From Selaginella moellendorffii (lineage: Eukaryota > Plantae > Lycopodiophyta): a DNA stretch of 64,000 nt. Below the pieces are notes generated by a model. That model saw only the letters and a program-made list of their open reading frames with translations, was not told the DNA's origin and did not search any database. The translations under genes were made by a program, and so were the position numbers. Below, in pieces: positions 1-11,538 of this stretch; within the stretch, counting starts at the first letter, position 1; each line of letters opens with the position of its first letter. The DNA is taken from contig NW_003314312.1 in the NCBI RefSeq assembly GCF_000143415.4, positions 253,261-317,260 of the forward strand. Reading direction: 5' to 3'.

Positions 1-154
1 TCCACTTTGGCGCTGAGCGCTACCCTCCTCTCTCCTCTCTTTCTCTTTCTTGCAGCTCGATTCTTCTCTTCCAGGTTCGTAGCTCACTCGCATTTCCAAT
101 CGATCGCGCTGCCGCATTGTAATCGATCTCTCTTGTCTAGGTTTTCTTGCGGCG

Positions 155-2250
155 ATGGCCTGCCTGGCCGTGGACAATGCGTGGTGCCATCGGTTCGAGG
201 CCTCCATCCCCGAAGCTCGGAGTGATTTGAGCTCTCGGATTGCGTTTCCAGCGTCGCGGCAGAGGAGATTCCTCAAGGTAAGATCACGAAATTTTAGGCG
301 CGCAAAGAGAGATAGATCCAATCAATCGATTCTAACGCATTGGAAGGATGAATGCAGTGTCGCAGTCGACCACGCCGATCACAGTGGCTTCTCAAGGCCT
401 CCGGGTCGGACGATAAGTCAAATTCCACTCCCAGTGGCACCAAGACTGCTGACAAGGAGGAAGAGAAAGCTTCGGATTCGCAAGAAAAGCAGGAGGAGCA
501 GCCACAGGAGATCAAGCAAGAGATGGATTGGAAACAAGACGAGGATTTCAAGAAGTTCATGGGAAATCCTTCCATCGAGGCAGCGTTGAAGCTGGAGAAG
601 AAGAGAGCCGAGCAAAGACTCAAGGAGCTAAACAACGAGCAGGGTGGCAACGTTTTCACGGGCTTGATACAAAACATATCACGAAGTATCGTCCAAAGAG
701 AAAAGGATAGGCTGGAGCAAGTCGAGCAGAAATTCAAGGCACTGGATCTTGGCAAGGTATGCGTTCCTTTTTTTTTTTCTCTTTTGCTCTTAAATGTGAC
801 TTTGCAGTTGAAAAGCTGCTTTGGATACGATACATTCTATGCGACCGATGTTCGCCGCTTTGGAGACGGTGGAATTTACATTGGAAACTTGAGAAAGCCC
901 ATCGATGAAGTGATCCCAGTATTGAAAGAAAGGCTGGCCAATGCCGCTGGAAGGGAAGTGACGATCTGGTTTATGGAAGAGGAGGATCGGGAAGGCAACG
1001 ACATAAAAAAACAAGTGAGATTTTCCTTTGTATTCGTGGTGTTCTTACTTGTTCGTGCCAAACTCGTGTTTGTGATCCAGGTTTGTGTCGTTCAGCCCAA
1101 GGAGGAAATCGACCTTCAATATGAGCTTTCTTCACTGAACAATGTTGCGGGGTACATCAGCGCTTTGCTCCTCGGAGTCACAACTCTGGGAACAATCTCG
1201 CTGACGAGTGGTTTTTTCTTGACACCAAACGCCACCTTTGACGATTATATCGCTCGAGTTCTACCTCTTTTTGGTGGATTTATCACCATTCTCGGTGTCT
1301 CAGAGGTACGATTTATTTGGGCTATGAACTTGCGTTCCTATAAAACTTTTTTTCTTCTTTTTTTTTCACAGGCTGCTACACGGCTTACTGCGAACAAGTA
1401 TGGCGTTCGTCTCAGCCCATCATTTTTAATCCCTTCGACATGGACTGGATGCCTCGGCGTTGTAAACAACTACGAGTCCATACTTCCCAGCAAGAAAGCA
1501 CTCTTCGACATTGCTGCTGCTAGAATAACCAGTGCCTACGTTACGTCTTTTCTTCTTGCTGCAATTGCGTTTTACCTCGACCAAAGCCTCAACGGTGGTG
1601 ATAACGCTCTGTAAGTTTTCTTTCCTCTGCTCTTTTCTTTCTATCTTCCTCGGTTGATTGGATCTGGTGTACAGGTATATAAGGCCGCAGTTCTTCTTCA
1701 ATAATCCTCTCCTCTCCTTCATCCAGTACGTGACTGGGCCTTACACTGACGAACTTGGAAACGTTCTTCCTCAAGCAGTGCCAGGTCTTGGTGTTCCGGT
1801 CGATCCATTAGCGTTTGCTGGCCTCCTTGGTAAGAATATGAAATCTCTCGTTTATTCTCCAAAACTGAGAGAGAGAAAACACTTACAGGAATCGTGGTGA
1901 CTTCCATGAATCTCCTGCCCTGCGGGAGACTCGAAGGTGGCCGAATCGCCCAAGCTCTCTACGGCAGGAGAGTGGCAAACATTCTCTCTTTCTTCACATC
2001 TCTAGCTCTCGGGGTTGGGGGCGTCACTGGGAGCGTGCTAAGCTTGACGTGGGGTTTCGTGGCTACGTTTTTCCGCGGCGGGGAGGAGCTCCCGGCTGAG
2101 GATGAGATCACACCACTTGGAACGAGCCGCTACATCTGGGGGTACGCTCTTGCAGTCTTTTGTTTGCTCACGCTCTTTCCAAACAGTGCTGGAACTTTTC
2201 CCAGTGTTCTTTACACCCCACCATTCTTTAGGGGCGATGGTGGTTTCTAA
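155..2250 (+). CDS. EGY3: Chloroplast M50/site-2-protease-family protein EGY3 (multi-exon)
   Basis: Exon 1 155-277 (transit-peptide-like) splices in frame to 358. Motifs FMGNPSIEAALKLEKKR, CFGYDTFYATDVRRFGDGGIYIGNLR and NLLPCGRLEGGRIAQA are typical of EGY3. HExxH is absent (SEAATR instead), as known for EGY3. Confidence 0.9.
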
Positions 2251-2387
2251 GCTAAAAAACAAATTTTGATTATTAAAAGCCATAAACCAGCACCATCTGC
2301 TATAGTTTCTCAGATGGATTTGCATATCTCTAGAATTATATCTCTAGGAACATATATACAGTTCACATATGCAGTTTTTCCTCTTCA

Positions 2388-2451
2388 TGGTATTGGAGCA
2401 ATTGTGTTGTGGCTAATGCCTAGGATCAAAGAGCCAATTGCTCTGATACCA
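2388..2451. mobile_element. Head-to-head pair of LTR-retroelement tRNA-iMet primer-binding-site motifs
   Basis: GCTCTGATACCA at 2440-2451 is the exact reverse complement of TGGTATCAGAGC. A degenerate forward copy CA-TGGTATTGGAGC sits at 2388. Together they form a 17-bp inverted repeat. Confidence 0.5.
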
Positions 2452-2596
2452 AGAGTAGGGGAGAGGGATTCACACAAGGAGGAAGAAGTGTGTATCTTAA
2501 GTGTATATGGCAATCATATCATGCTTTCTATCAAGTTATATTGAAGCGCATAATCACGCTATATACATGTCATATAATCACGCTTACCTCAACAGT

Positions 2597-3090
2597 AATG
2601 CATGGCCTCCAGCACTGGTCATGCAGCCCAGAGCCGAGGAGGAGATGGCAGACGGTATGTAGTCTCCAAGATCAATTTTATTTTGGTGTTAAGAAATTGA
2701 ATGAAGCTTGATTTTTCCTCAGAGGGAAGGAGCCACGACACAAAATGGCTCTTTCTTCTCGGGCTGATCCCACAGAAGCTCTGTCTCTTCAGCGAGTTCT
2801 GATCGTGAACTCAAGGGCTTCCAGGGTGTAAGTCCACTTTTGCACTTTATACACATCGTCCTGTAAGTTTGTCTCTTGTGTTCTTTCAACTTTGAGACGA
2901 TCATTCACAACTGAATGCTATTCTTACAGTGGTTTGATCGCCACAAGAAAACTAGAAAGTTACAGAGCTTTGCAGTTTGCAGACCTCGTTGGGCTGTTTC
3001 TTGGAAAGTTTAAAGTTTGGAGCTTTTTTCTTTGAGTTCTTTTTGCCGACCCATTGACTAAAACAAGTCTTTTTGGCAGTCAATGGTCGC
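2597..3090 (+). pseudogene. Deletion-riddled copy of the neighbouring CHCH-domain gene
   Basis: Collinear matches to 3545-4320 (e.g. ttgagacgatc.ttcacaact.aatgct.ttctt.cagtggtttgatcgcca; tgtttcttggaaagtttaaagtttgga) with many internal deletions. Confidence 0.8.
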
Positions 3091-3129
3091 TCCCGCATTC
3101 GAATCCCGTTTGTGTTTCTAAGTTGTTCC

Positions 3130-3255
3130 TGCTTTTCTTGCTCTTAAAATGTGATTTGCAGTTGAAAAGCTGTGAAAAAGCCAATCGATGAAGTGCTTCC
3201 AACATTGAAAGAAAGGCTGGGTGGGCAATGCCGCTGGAAGAAAGGTGACGATTCT
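3130..3255 (+). pseudogene. Fragment of EGY3 intron 2/exon 3
   Basis: Matches 780-965 (tttgcagttgaaaagctg...atcgatgaagtg...ttgaaagaaaggctgg...caatgccgctggaag) with an internal deletion. Confidence 0.8.
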
Positions 3256-3399
3256 AAAAAAGAATCTTCCCTCAGTTCTTTAATAAAAGGCATATTCGCA
3301 ATAGTGCATTTTCTTAAGACCAAAGCAAAAGGGGACTATAAATAGTGCCTGGTATCTTCCAGAAGCTTTCTTAGGGCTTTTTGTGTCATGGAGAAAGCG

Positions 3400-4127
3400 A
3401 TGTCACGTAGCAGAGGCGGAGGCGGTAAGACTCGCACTTTCAAGGCGCCAGCAAAATCGGCGGCCAAGGCGCCCGCTCCAGGTATACAGTAAATCGCAAC
3501 CGGGTTTGATCGCATTTCATCTCGATCTCCTTGAGCAGCTTACCATGCACCGCCTCCAGCACCGGTCCCGCAGCCCAGCGCCGGGGGCATAGGAGGAGGA
3601 ATCGCGGCCACGATGGTAGACGGTACGTATCCCCAGTGATCGATTCTACTTCGGTTTGTGAAGAAGATTGAAAGGAGGCTTGGGCTTTTCGTTTGTTTTA
3701 CCAGGACTTGTGTTTGGAGCCGGCAACGCTGTGGCTCACCGGGCTGCAGACGCGATCATGGGTCCGCGTGTTGTGCAGCACGAAATGACGCCTTCTTCTC
3801 AGGCTGCCAGTACTCCCGCAGAAGCTCTGCCTCAGCCAACAAGCTCTGGTAGTGATCCATGCCTCAAACAATTCAAAGCGTTCCAGGATGTAAGTCTCAC
3901 ACATAATTCATGTTTGCGCTTTCATATTTGTATAAGATCATCATCTTTTTTCTTGTGTTTTCACAGTGCATTGCGGGCAATCCCGATGACATATCGAAGT
4001 GTCAGTTTTACATTGACATGTTGGGAGAATGCCGCAGGACCGCTGGTTCAAGTAAGTTCAGCTCTTGGGTGAATTCCAAAATTGAGACGATCGTTCACAA
4101 CTCAATGCTGTTCTTGCAGTGGTTTGA
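3400..4127 (+). CDS. Mitochondrial twin CX9C (CHCH) protein, CHCHD2/Mix17-like (5 exons)
   Basis: Spliced: MSRSRGGGG...GIAATMVDGLVFGAGNAVAHRAADAIMGPR...C-LKQFKAFQD-C...C-QFYIDMLGE-C. Stop TGA at 4125-4127. An in-frame ATG at 3388 is an alternative start. Confidence 0.85.
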
Positions 4128-4483
4128 TCGCCAGAGGAGGTGCCAAACTAGAAAGTTTCACGAGTTTTGCAGAGCTAGTTGGGACAAGTCGGCATGTTTC
4201 TTGGAAAGTTTAAAGTTTGGAAGTAAAGGAGCTTTTTCTTTGTTCTTTCTACCTTTGACTGCCCTCCATTCATTGACTGAAACTAACCAGGAACACGGTC
4301 TTTTGGCAGTCAACGGTGCTGCTGCCGAGAAGCTTCCTCTTGTTCGTGTTTAGGGCTGGCGTGGCTGGGCCAAACCGTCGTTCCTGTGTCCCCTTCACAC
4401 GCTGTTCGAGGTTGTTGATGAGCTTCCCCTCCCCGTGAGCCTTTCAAAGAGAATTTAGGGTTCTCGGCGCGCTCAATGCAAGC

Positions 4484-6148
4484 ATGGTTCTCTGTCGAGA
4501 AGAAGAAGAAGAAGAAGAAGAAGGGGAAGAGGAGGAGGAGGAGGAGGAGGAGGAAGATTTTGCCGATGAACACACTGGCATTCTCTTCCCCAGAGAGAAA
4601 GAAATCGAAAATGCAACAGCGCCAGTGAATTTGAGTTTGGGATTGGTGGAAAAGGAGAAAATCCAGATTGAAGGAGGAGGAGGAGGAGGAGATGATGCAA
4701 GAAATTCTCTCTTCCAGATTGGAATTCCAGCGATTCGCGCCGAGCTCGCCATGCAATTCCGCCTGGGGTGCCCCATCATGGCCATGAATCTCATCTGGTT
4801 CGCCAAATTCCTAGCCACCACGCTCTTCCTGGGCCGGCTGGGCGGCGTGGAGCTCGCGGGAGGCGCCCTAGCTCTCACCTTCGCCAATGTCACCGGCTAC
4901 TCGATCCTCCTCGGCCTCGCCACTGGAATGGAGCCGATTTGCAGCCAGGCATTCGGCGCCGGGCGGATGGATCTCATGGCCTCAGCGCTCCAAAATGCGA
5001 TCCTCATGTTGCTCCTGGCGTGCATTCCAATCGCCCTCGCCTGGCTCTACAGCGTTGAGAGATTCTTGATCTTCTTGGGCCAAGATCCATCCCTGGCCCG
5101 CGCCTCAGCAAGATTCTTGAAATTTCTCCTCCCGGATCTGTTCCTCCAGGCCGTGATCACTCCCCTGCGGATCTTCCTGCGCTGCCAGAGCGACACACTG
5201 CCAATGACCATCGCCTTCACTGCCGGGATTCTCCTCCACATTGGCCTCGGATTCCTGCTCGCCATGGACCTGCGCGGCGCTGGGATTGCTCTGGCGATGG
5301 GCATTGGCGATCTTTTCACGCTCGCGCTGCTTTTAAGTCTCGTCCTCGCCAAGAGCAGAGCCTCTTCTTCCAAGAACCCTAAAATCGAGAACACGAAGAA
5401 CACGAGGAGGAAGAGATGGAAGCCACTGATCAAACTGGCACTGCCCTCGTGCGCCATGGTCTGTCTTGAGTGGTGGAGCTACGAGGCCATCGTTCTTCTT
5501 GCCGGGCTGCTCCAGGATCCAGAAATCTCCGTCCCAGCTGCCGCGATCGTGCTGAATTTCGACGCAATCCTCTACGCGCTCCAGATCACGCTCGCCTCCT
5601 GCACCGCCACCCGAATCGGCCACGAGCTGGGCGCGAATTCGCCCTCCTCTGCCCGGACCGCGGCAATCGCATCGCTGCTCGCAAGCCTGGCAATGGGATC
5701 GGCGACCTTCGCCTCTCTGGCGGCGTTGCGATCGCTGTGGGGGCGGCTCTTCACGGCCGATCCAGCGATTGTGCGCAGCGTAAGGCGATCGATGCCGGTG
5801 GCGGGTGCGATCGAGCTCGCCAATTTCCCGCTGCTGGTGCTGTGCGGGATCTTGCGTGGGAGCGCGAGGCCAGCGGCGGGCGCGGTGGCGAGCCTGGGAT
5901 CGTTCTACCTCATTGGGCTGCCGTGTGGAGTGGCGCTGGGATTTGGGGCGGGGCTGGGCCTGGTGGGGCTGTGGCTGGGATTGCTAGCGGCGGTGGTGGC
6001 GTGTGTGGCGCTCACGGGGATGGTTGTTCTTGGCACGGACTGGAAGGAGATGGCCATGGCTTCCCAGCTGCAAATCCGATCTTGGGACACTCCTAGCGAA
6101 GTGTGGCATTCTAACGATCCTGATGGAAAAGAAATGGATGAAATTTAA
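4484..6148 (+). CDS. MATE/DTX efflux transporter, intronless clade
   Basis: 554-aa ORF with LGRLGGVELAGG, GMEPICSQAFGA, CLEWWSYE, TRIGHELGAN and FYLIGLP motifs, multiple TM segments and an N-terminal poly-Glu tract. Confidence 0.95.
   Translation: MVLCREEEEEEEEGEEEEEEEEEEDFADEHTGILFPREKEIENATAPVNLSLGLVEKEKIQIEGGGGGGDDARNSLFQIGIPAIRAELAMQFRLGCPIMAMNLIWFAKFLATTLFLGRLGGVELAGGALALTFANVTGYSILLGLATGMEPICSQAFGAGRMDLMASALQNAILMLLLACIPIALAWLYSVERFLIFLGQDPSLARASARFLKFLLPDLFLQAVITPLRIFLRCQSDTLPMTIAFTAGILLHIGLGFLLAMDLRGAGIALAMGIGDLFTLALLLSLVLAKSRASSSKNPKIENTKNTRRKRWKPLIKLALPSCAMVCLEWWSYEAIVLLAGLLQDPEISVPAAAIVLNFDAILYALQITLASCTATRIGHELGANSPSSARTAAIASLLASLAMGSATFASLAALRSLWGRLFTADPAIVRSVRRSMPVAGAIELANFPLLVLCGILRGSARPAAGAVASLGSFYLIGLPCGVALGFGAGLGLVGLWLGLLAAVVACVALTGMVVLGTDWKEMAMASQLQIRSWDTPSEVWHSNDPDGKEMDEI
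4499..4556 (+). repeat. (GAA)n/(GAG)n coding microsatellite (poly-Glu)
   Basis: Directly visible in the sequence. Confidence 0.9.
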
Positions 6149-6242
6149 ATCCTGGAATATTTTATATTCTAAGCTTATTCGCTATGATTAAATTGAATTT
6201 TACCGCCTTTTTGCTACTTACCTTTACCATCACCACTATAAT

Positions 6243-6347
6243 NNNNNNNNNNNNNNNNNNNNNNNNNNNNNNNNNNNNNNNNNNNNNNNNNNNNNNNNNN
6301 NNNNNNNNNNNNNNNNNNNNNNNNNNNNNNNNNNNNNNNNNNNNNNN
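6243..6347. other. Assembly gap (N run)
   Basis: N bases. Confidence 1.
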
Positions 6348-7845
6348 AATCTTTGTGGAGTTTGCAGCCACCTAACAAGGAAGTCCACTCCACCTCGTCA
6401 GGGATAAAGGGCATATTCCAGACTAGATCTTGGGCATCTCGCAAATGCCCGGCTCTACTTAACAAATCCACCATGCAACCATAGTGCTCCTTGAGAGGCC
6501 TCAGCCCGTGATCCCCAGCCATCGATCTAAAGCAGTCCCAGCCGTCCGATACCATGCCGCCGTGGCTGCATCCCAGCAGCACGCAGCACAGGGAGATCTC
6601 GTTGGGCCGGATGCCGTCCAGTACCATCGTACGGAACACATCCAACGCTCCCTGGAAGCGCCCGGCCCTGGCGTACGCTCCAACCAGGCACGTCCACGCC
6701 ACCACGTTCCGTACGCCCATGCCGGCAAAGAAGCGCTGGGCGTCTTCCAGATTCCCGGCCAGCGCATATGCCCCTAGCATCGAGGCCTCGGATGCCGTGT
6801 CGTGATACGGCATCTCGCTGAAGATCCTCCGGCATTCATAGATATTCCTACCGTACGCGTGGGCTGTGAGCAGTGCCGTCCAGGAGAGGATGTCGCGCTC
6901 GGGCATGAGCTGGAAGAGGCGCGCGGTTTTCCGCGCGTCCCCAAGCCGGGAATATCCGCCTAGCATGGTGTTCCACGTGACGAGATTCCTGGCCGGCATC
7001 GCGTGGAAATAACGATTGGCCTCGTCAGCGCTGCTGGCAAAGCACACATCCAGTAAGATCGTCCACGTCACCACGTCGTACAGTGGCATAGCACGGAACA
7101 CCGCCATGGCGTCCTTGAGCCGATGGTGTCCGTACTGTGAATATGCCCCTAGGAGAGTGCTCCATGTGATGAGATTCCTCTCTGGCGTGGCGTGAAAGAG
7201 CGCTATCGCCGAGTTTAAATCGCCGGATCTCATGGAAGAAGAGAGTGCCGCGTTCCAGGCCACCACGCTCCACTGTGGCATTCGATCAAACACAAGCCTG
7301 GCTCGAGCAAAATTTCCTTCTTGGGTATTTGCCGAGAGGAGGATGATCCACGACACAATGTCTCGCTCTGGAATTCGATCGAAGAGATCTTCCAGCTCGC
7401 GGATCCGGCCAAACTGGTCGTAGGCCGCGAGCATCGTGTTCCAGGAGATGACGCTGGGGAATCGAATGCCGTCGAAAATAGACTCCGCGAGATCCAAATC
7501 ACCCGCCCTGGCCGCCGCCGCCACTGCCGCGGTGGAGGAAACCACATCCAATTGGGGCATCCTGGCCAGGATCGAGAGCGCACGAGAGAGATCTCTGCTG
7601 CTGGCGAGCCACGAGAGGAGGATTTGGCGCCAGGAGAAGGGATTCCTGGCGGGCATGGAGTGAAAGAGGGCGAGCGCATCGCGGATGCTGGAGCAGGCGC
7701 CATACATCTGGATGAGGAGATTGGAGAGAAAGATGCCGTCGGTGGACATGAATCGTGATTGCAGCACCTGGGAGTGGACATTGCGAGCATCGGCAATGTG
7801 GCGCACGGATCTGATCAGCCGGACGCACTCATCCACACACCGCAT
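6348..7845 (-). CDS. PLS-class PPR protein with E domain, 3' end lost in the gap
   Basis: Repeated MP.RN/DxxSW motifs, HYGCMVDLLSRAG and MPFIPDEVEWTSLLGGC. The ORF runs into the Ns. Confidence 0.9.
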
Positions 7846-8002
7846 CCAAGAACCCTAAAAACAGAGTAACATTTTGGCGGGATCTCTTAACAATATACTT
7901 CTAGATGCTAAAATCATATTAAAACTTGGGGGTATAGACAGACTCCAAGAGAGATGGACGAAGATATATCATAGTGATTGAGAGCAAAAAGGGGATTTTT
8001 TT

Positions 8003-8441
8003 TCACGGGCATTTGGGCTCTCCCTCGTCGTTGCGGATGGCATCGTAGCACGGGCACTCTTTCTTGCTCGCTTTTGGGCCATTTGGAACGCAAAAGCACT
8101 TGCTGCAGCAGATGTTACACATCTTATTGCACATCTTGGGCTTCCACGAGTTAGAGCATCGGTACTTGCACTTTCCTCCACAATCTGCGAGAGAGAAACA
8201 AAGAGCCAGTCACTCTACTCGATCCAACCGACAAAAACTGGAAGCTAGAAACTAAAAGCAGTGAAGGATGCCTCACCGTATCCAGTCAACTCTCTGCTGC
8301 CAAGAACCACATTGCCATTCTGCAACGAAACAAGAGATTGTCAAAACACGAACTCAATCAGGCAATGCAGGTGGAGCTCACCTCGGCAATCACAAACATG
8401 AGCAGGACGAGAAATGCTAGCCACTTCAAAGCCAGAGCCAT
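8003..8441 (-). CDS. GASA/Snakin cysteine-rich peptide (3 exons: 8441-8382, 8319-8277, 8184-8003)
   Basis: Spliced: MALALKWLAFLVLLMFVIAE-NGNVVLGSRELTGY-DCGGKCKYRCSNSWKPKMCNKMCNICCSKCFCVPNGPKASKKECPCYDAIRNDEGEPKCP*. Signal peptide plus the 12-Cys GASA pattern ending KCP. Missed by the ORF track. Confidence 0.92.
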
Positions 8442-8975
8442 TTTGCTCGAACTCCTCCTTTCTCTCGCGAAGAAACACACCTGAGGACTCTGCGAGAAGA
8501 AACAATGAATGCTCTAAGTGGAAGAGAAGAGTGGCATTTTATAGTCAGGAATTTACCTCCCTGTGGAAGAATCGCGGCAGCTCAGGTCCCCCACCGTGTG
8601 AAGCTAGCTGTATAGTCAGCGTAGAATTAAATCTAAAGATTGTCTGTCTGCCATGCCATTGCCAGCCGGCTTTGCGATGGAAGGCTGCTCCATTTAGATA
8701 TCTTTGTACCATATATCTATCTCGTATAGGCGCCTCTTTGTCTGCCAGATCCTGTAAAGGAAACAACTATGATCAAACTCTTTTATCTTTCGTCTCTTCG
8801 TTTGGGTTAACTCTATCAGACTAAGAAATGTCGGTTTACCTCGCAAGACGAATCACGTGTTGATGTCACGCCAAACGAGCGCTTGCCAGCACGAAGATAT
8901 AGGTGCTTCCATCGCGACGAGCTTATCGGCGATTCATTGTTCTCTCCTATATGATACAGACATGCTGTGAGCTCG

Positions 8976-9771
8976 ATGAAAATGGCAGCGAAAGATCCTT
9001 ACAGAAGCCACATTCATGGAGATGCCGAGAAGACCACCTACTGGAGACATGGAGAACCTCCGTGTTATGACAACAGAGCCTTTGAGGAAGGTAGGAGAAA
9101 GGTAAGTCAGTCGCTAGATTGTGAGAGACGAGGTATCGCTCACCTTGCTCGAGTTCAATTGGATTGATGCAGGTATGGCCGAGTGGATCACTGGAAGAGA
9201 TCGTTCAAAACCTCGTCAAGACGTGGGAGATGGAGATGAGCCACAAATGCCATGTCGAGGACGTCAAAACAGTCGATCATCAGCTCTTCACACTCGCGGT
9301 GAATGGTAGGCAAGAATTTCACAGCATCATCTTCTTCTGAGTTTCTTCTATGTAGGAAGAACATCAAAGCCAGTCGACGAAGTTGTGAGAACCGGAACAT
9401 ATAACATCTTACTTCAATCCGAAGCTCCCTGTGCATACTATGACTCCTCCAAAGAAAACTTTGAATCCTCACACCATACCTTCCACCACGCCTTCAACAA
9501 TAAGTTTCCATGGGAAGTTCTTCAAGTGTACTCCGGACCTCCTGTTGTTGTCTTCAAGTGGAGGCACTGGGGAAGAATGAAAGGAGAATTTCGAGGTCAT
9601 GCTGCTACAGGGGAATTAGTCGAGATCATCGGAGTTGCTGTTGCTACTGTGAATAGCGAGCTCAAGCTCACGAGTGTTGAAGTTTACTTCGATCAGGAGC
9701 AGTTCCTTAAGAAGCTGTGCAAAGGAAAGAAATCTTCGTTAGAAGATGTAAACGCAAATGCCGTCACTTAA
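8976..9771 (+). CDS. Pathogen-related protein (SnoaL/NTF2-like PRP family, 3 exons)
   Basis: WRHGEPPCYD, GSLEEIVQNLVKTWEME, GTYNILL, FPWEVLQVYSGPPVVVFKWRHWG. Confidence 0.88.
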
Positions 9772-9880
9772 GTGAAAGCATCCTTGGAAATCTTCTGTAA
9801 ATTTGAACAGCTCATCGAAAGAAGCCATGAGACTTTTACCTGTATCTGATTTCTCTGCCTTTTGGAAGGCTGTGAACATA

Positions 9881-11538
9881 TCAATGCTCAAAAAGTCCCT
9901 TTTTCGTCCAGCTCGGGGTGCGTAGTAGCCTTCCTTTCGCGATTACATACTTAACGTCCAGACTGCTTTGATCCAGCACTAGAACGTCTCCGTCGCTTCC
10001 AGGACTTAAATGACCTGCCAAAAACGTTTGCATATATACATATATATACAAACATGGAAGCTAGATGAATCAATAGTACCTTTGTGAGAAAGTGAAAGAA
10101 ACTTGGCTGGATTCTTTGTGCTTAACGAGATGGCATTTTCAACTTTCCACTCGGCTTCTCGAATTAGCCTCCTGATTGTGTTTAGATTTGCAAGAGGCGA
10201 GGCAACCGCATACTTGACAAGGTTGCCTTTGCTGTCAAAGACTGGAAGAGAACCAAATGCGTCAGAAGAAATGGAAACAGCAGTGGTAGGCACATCTCTG
10301 TCCGCCCAGTCTTTAAGAGCGTCATAAGATGCAGTCTCGCCTTCTTGATCGGAGGTAAAGTCGACAAGGCCTCCAGCTTTTACCCACACTTCCGCAGCCT
10401 ATAAAAAGGTTTGAGAACGTAAAAGCTACAAGAAAAGTATACCTTCACTAGTTCTGGTCCCCGATGAGAAACATGAGTTGGGATCATCTGCGTGAGAGGT
10501 ATAGCTTCTCTACTCGCGTTGAAAACAGACCAAAGAGGGTCGAGCAGCGAAGAAGCACTGCCAACGTGAAAGTGAACAATTCCAGCTTTTCCCGAGAGCA
10601 TCCCTCCAACTCTTGCGTCAGAAACAAGGTGTAAAAGTTCCTGCGTGAAACCACGTCAGAAAAGATAAGAAAAATTGTAGCTAATTTTACCTCGGTGCTC
10701 GGCCAGCTGCCACGATGATCGCTGATGGCAATTTCTCCGGCGCCAATTACTTCGTTGATAAGCTGAAGATCTCTTACTAAGTTGCCTGATAGATGTTTTG
10801 GTCGTATCTAAGCTGTACAAGAGAAAAAAGAATGGACAAACCTGTCAAAGTTGGAGATGGTACTCTATAGCAGCCACTCCACATATACGCTGTTATTCCT
10901 TCCTCTTGCAAGGCTTTGGCCTTTGTTCTTAAGTTCTCAAGGCTACAAGGAGCAAAAGAGTTATAATCCAGAAGACAAAGGAAAAAAAAAAATTGAAAAG
11001 AAAGGAGCATTTGCTCGAGAAAGAAAAAAAACGGAGAAGAGATGAGCGACTCATACCTTCTCGACACACAATCGGTGCCTAGGACTCCCACAAGCGTAGT
11101 GATGCCGGCTTCTAGAATCTCTGCTAGCCCAGCTTCCGGAGTTCTACTGGAAGGTCCCATCTCTCCACCACCACCAGTGATATGGACGTGCATATCAATC
11201 AAACCTGGCACGACAATGTCGCCCTCCACATCGATCACCTCGAGAAGAGGAATCCCTGTGAGGTTGATCCATGGAAACTGCTGCTCCGAGAACACAGCTA
11301 GAACGGATCCTCCACCTAGCAGAATGTGAGCCTTTCCAATCGGCTCTGGCGTGTACACCAATCCATTCTTGACCAGAATCATCGTGGCTTCTCGTTCCTC
11401 GCCGCCGATCTGGCCCGCTACCGCGAAATCCCACTCCACAATCCCCGGATCGAGAGACTTACACGATGTCCCAGATGACATAAGCGGCAAGAATGCCGCC
11501 AGCAGCGCTAGCTCCAAGAAAATCAGAGGTCCAGCCAT
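9881..11538 (-). CDS. iadA: Isoaspartyl dipeptidase (beta-aspartyl peptidase, IadA-type amidohydrolase) with N-terminal hydrophobic signal
   Basis: PGLIDMHVHITGGGGEMGPSSRTPE, GITTLVGVLGTD, GCYRVP, GAGEIAISDHR, HFHVG, PTHV, SSDAFGSLPVF and C-terminal KGLFEH* (stop at 9881). Several spliceosomal introns. Confidence 0.9.

Noticed and set aside
1290-1400. Missing HExxH zinc motif in the M50 protease
   Set aside because: This is a known property of EGY3 pseudoproteases, not novel.
4310-6191. Many overlapping and antisense ORFs over the MATE gene (similarly over the PPR, ZF-HD and GT77 genes)
   Set aside because: Shadow ORFs of GC-rich coding sequence with no independent motifs.
9881-11538. IadA as bacterial contamination
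   Set aside because: It contains multiple GT-AG introns and is embedded among plant genes.
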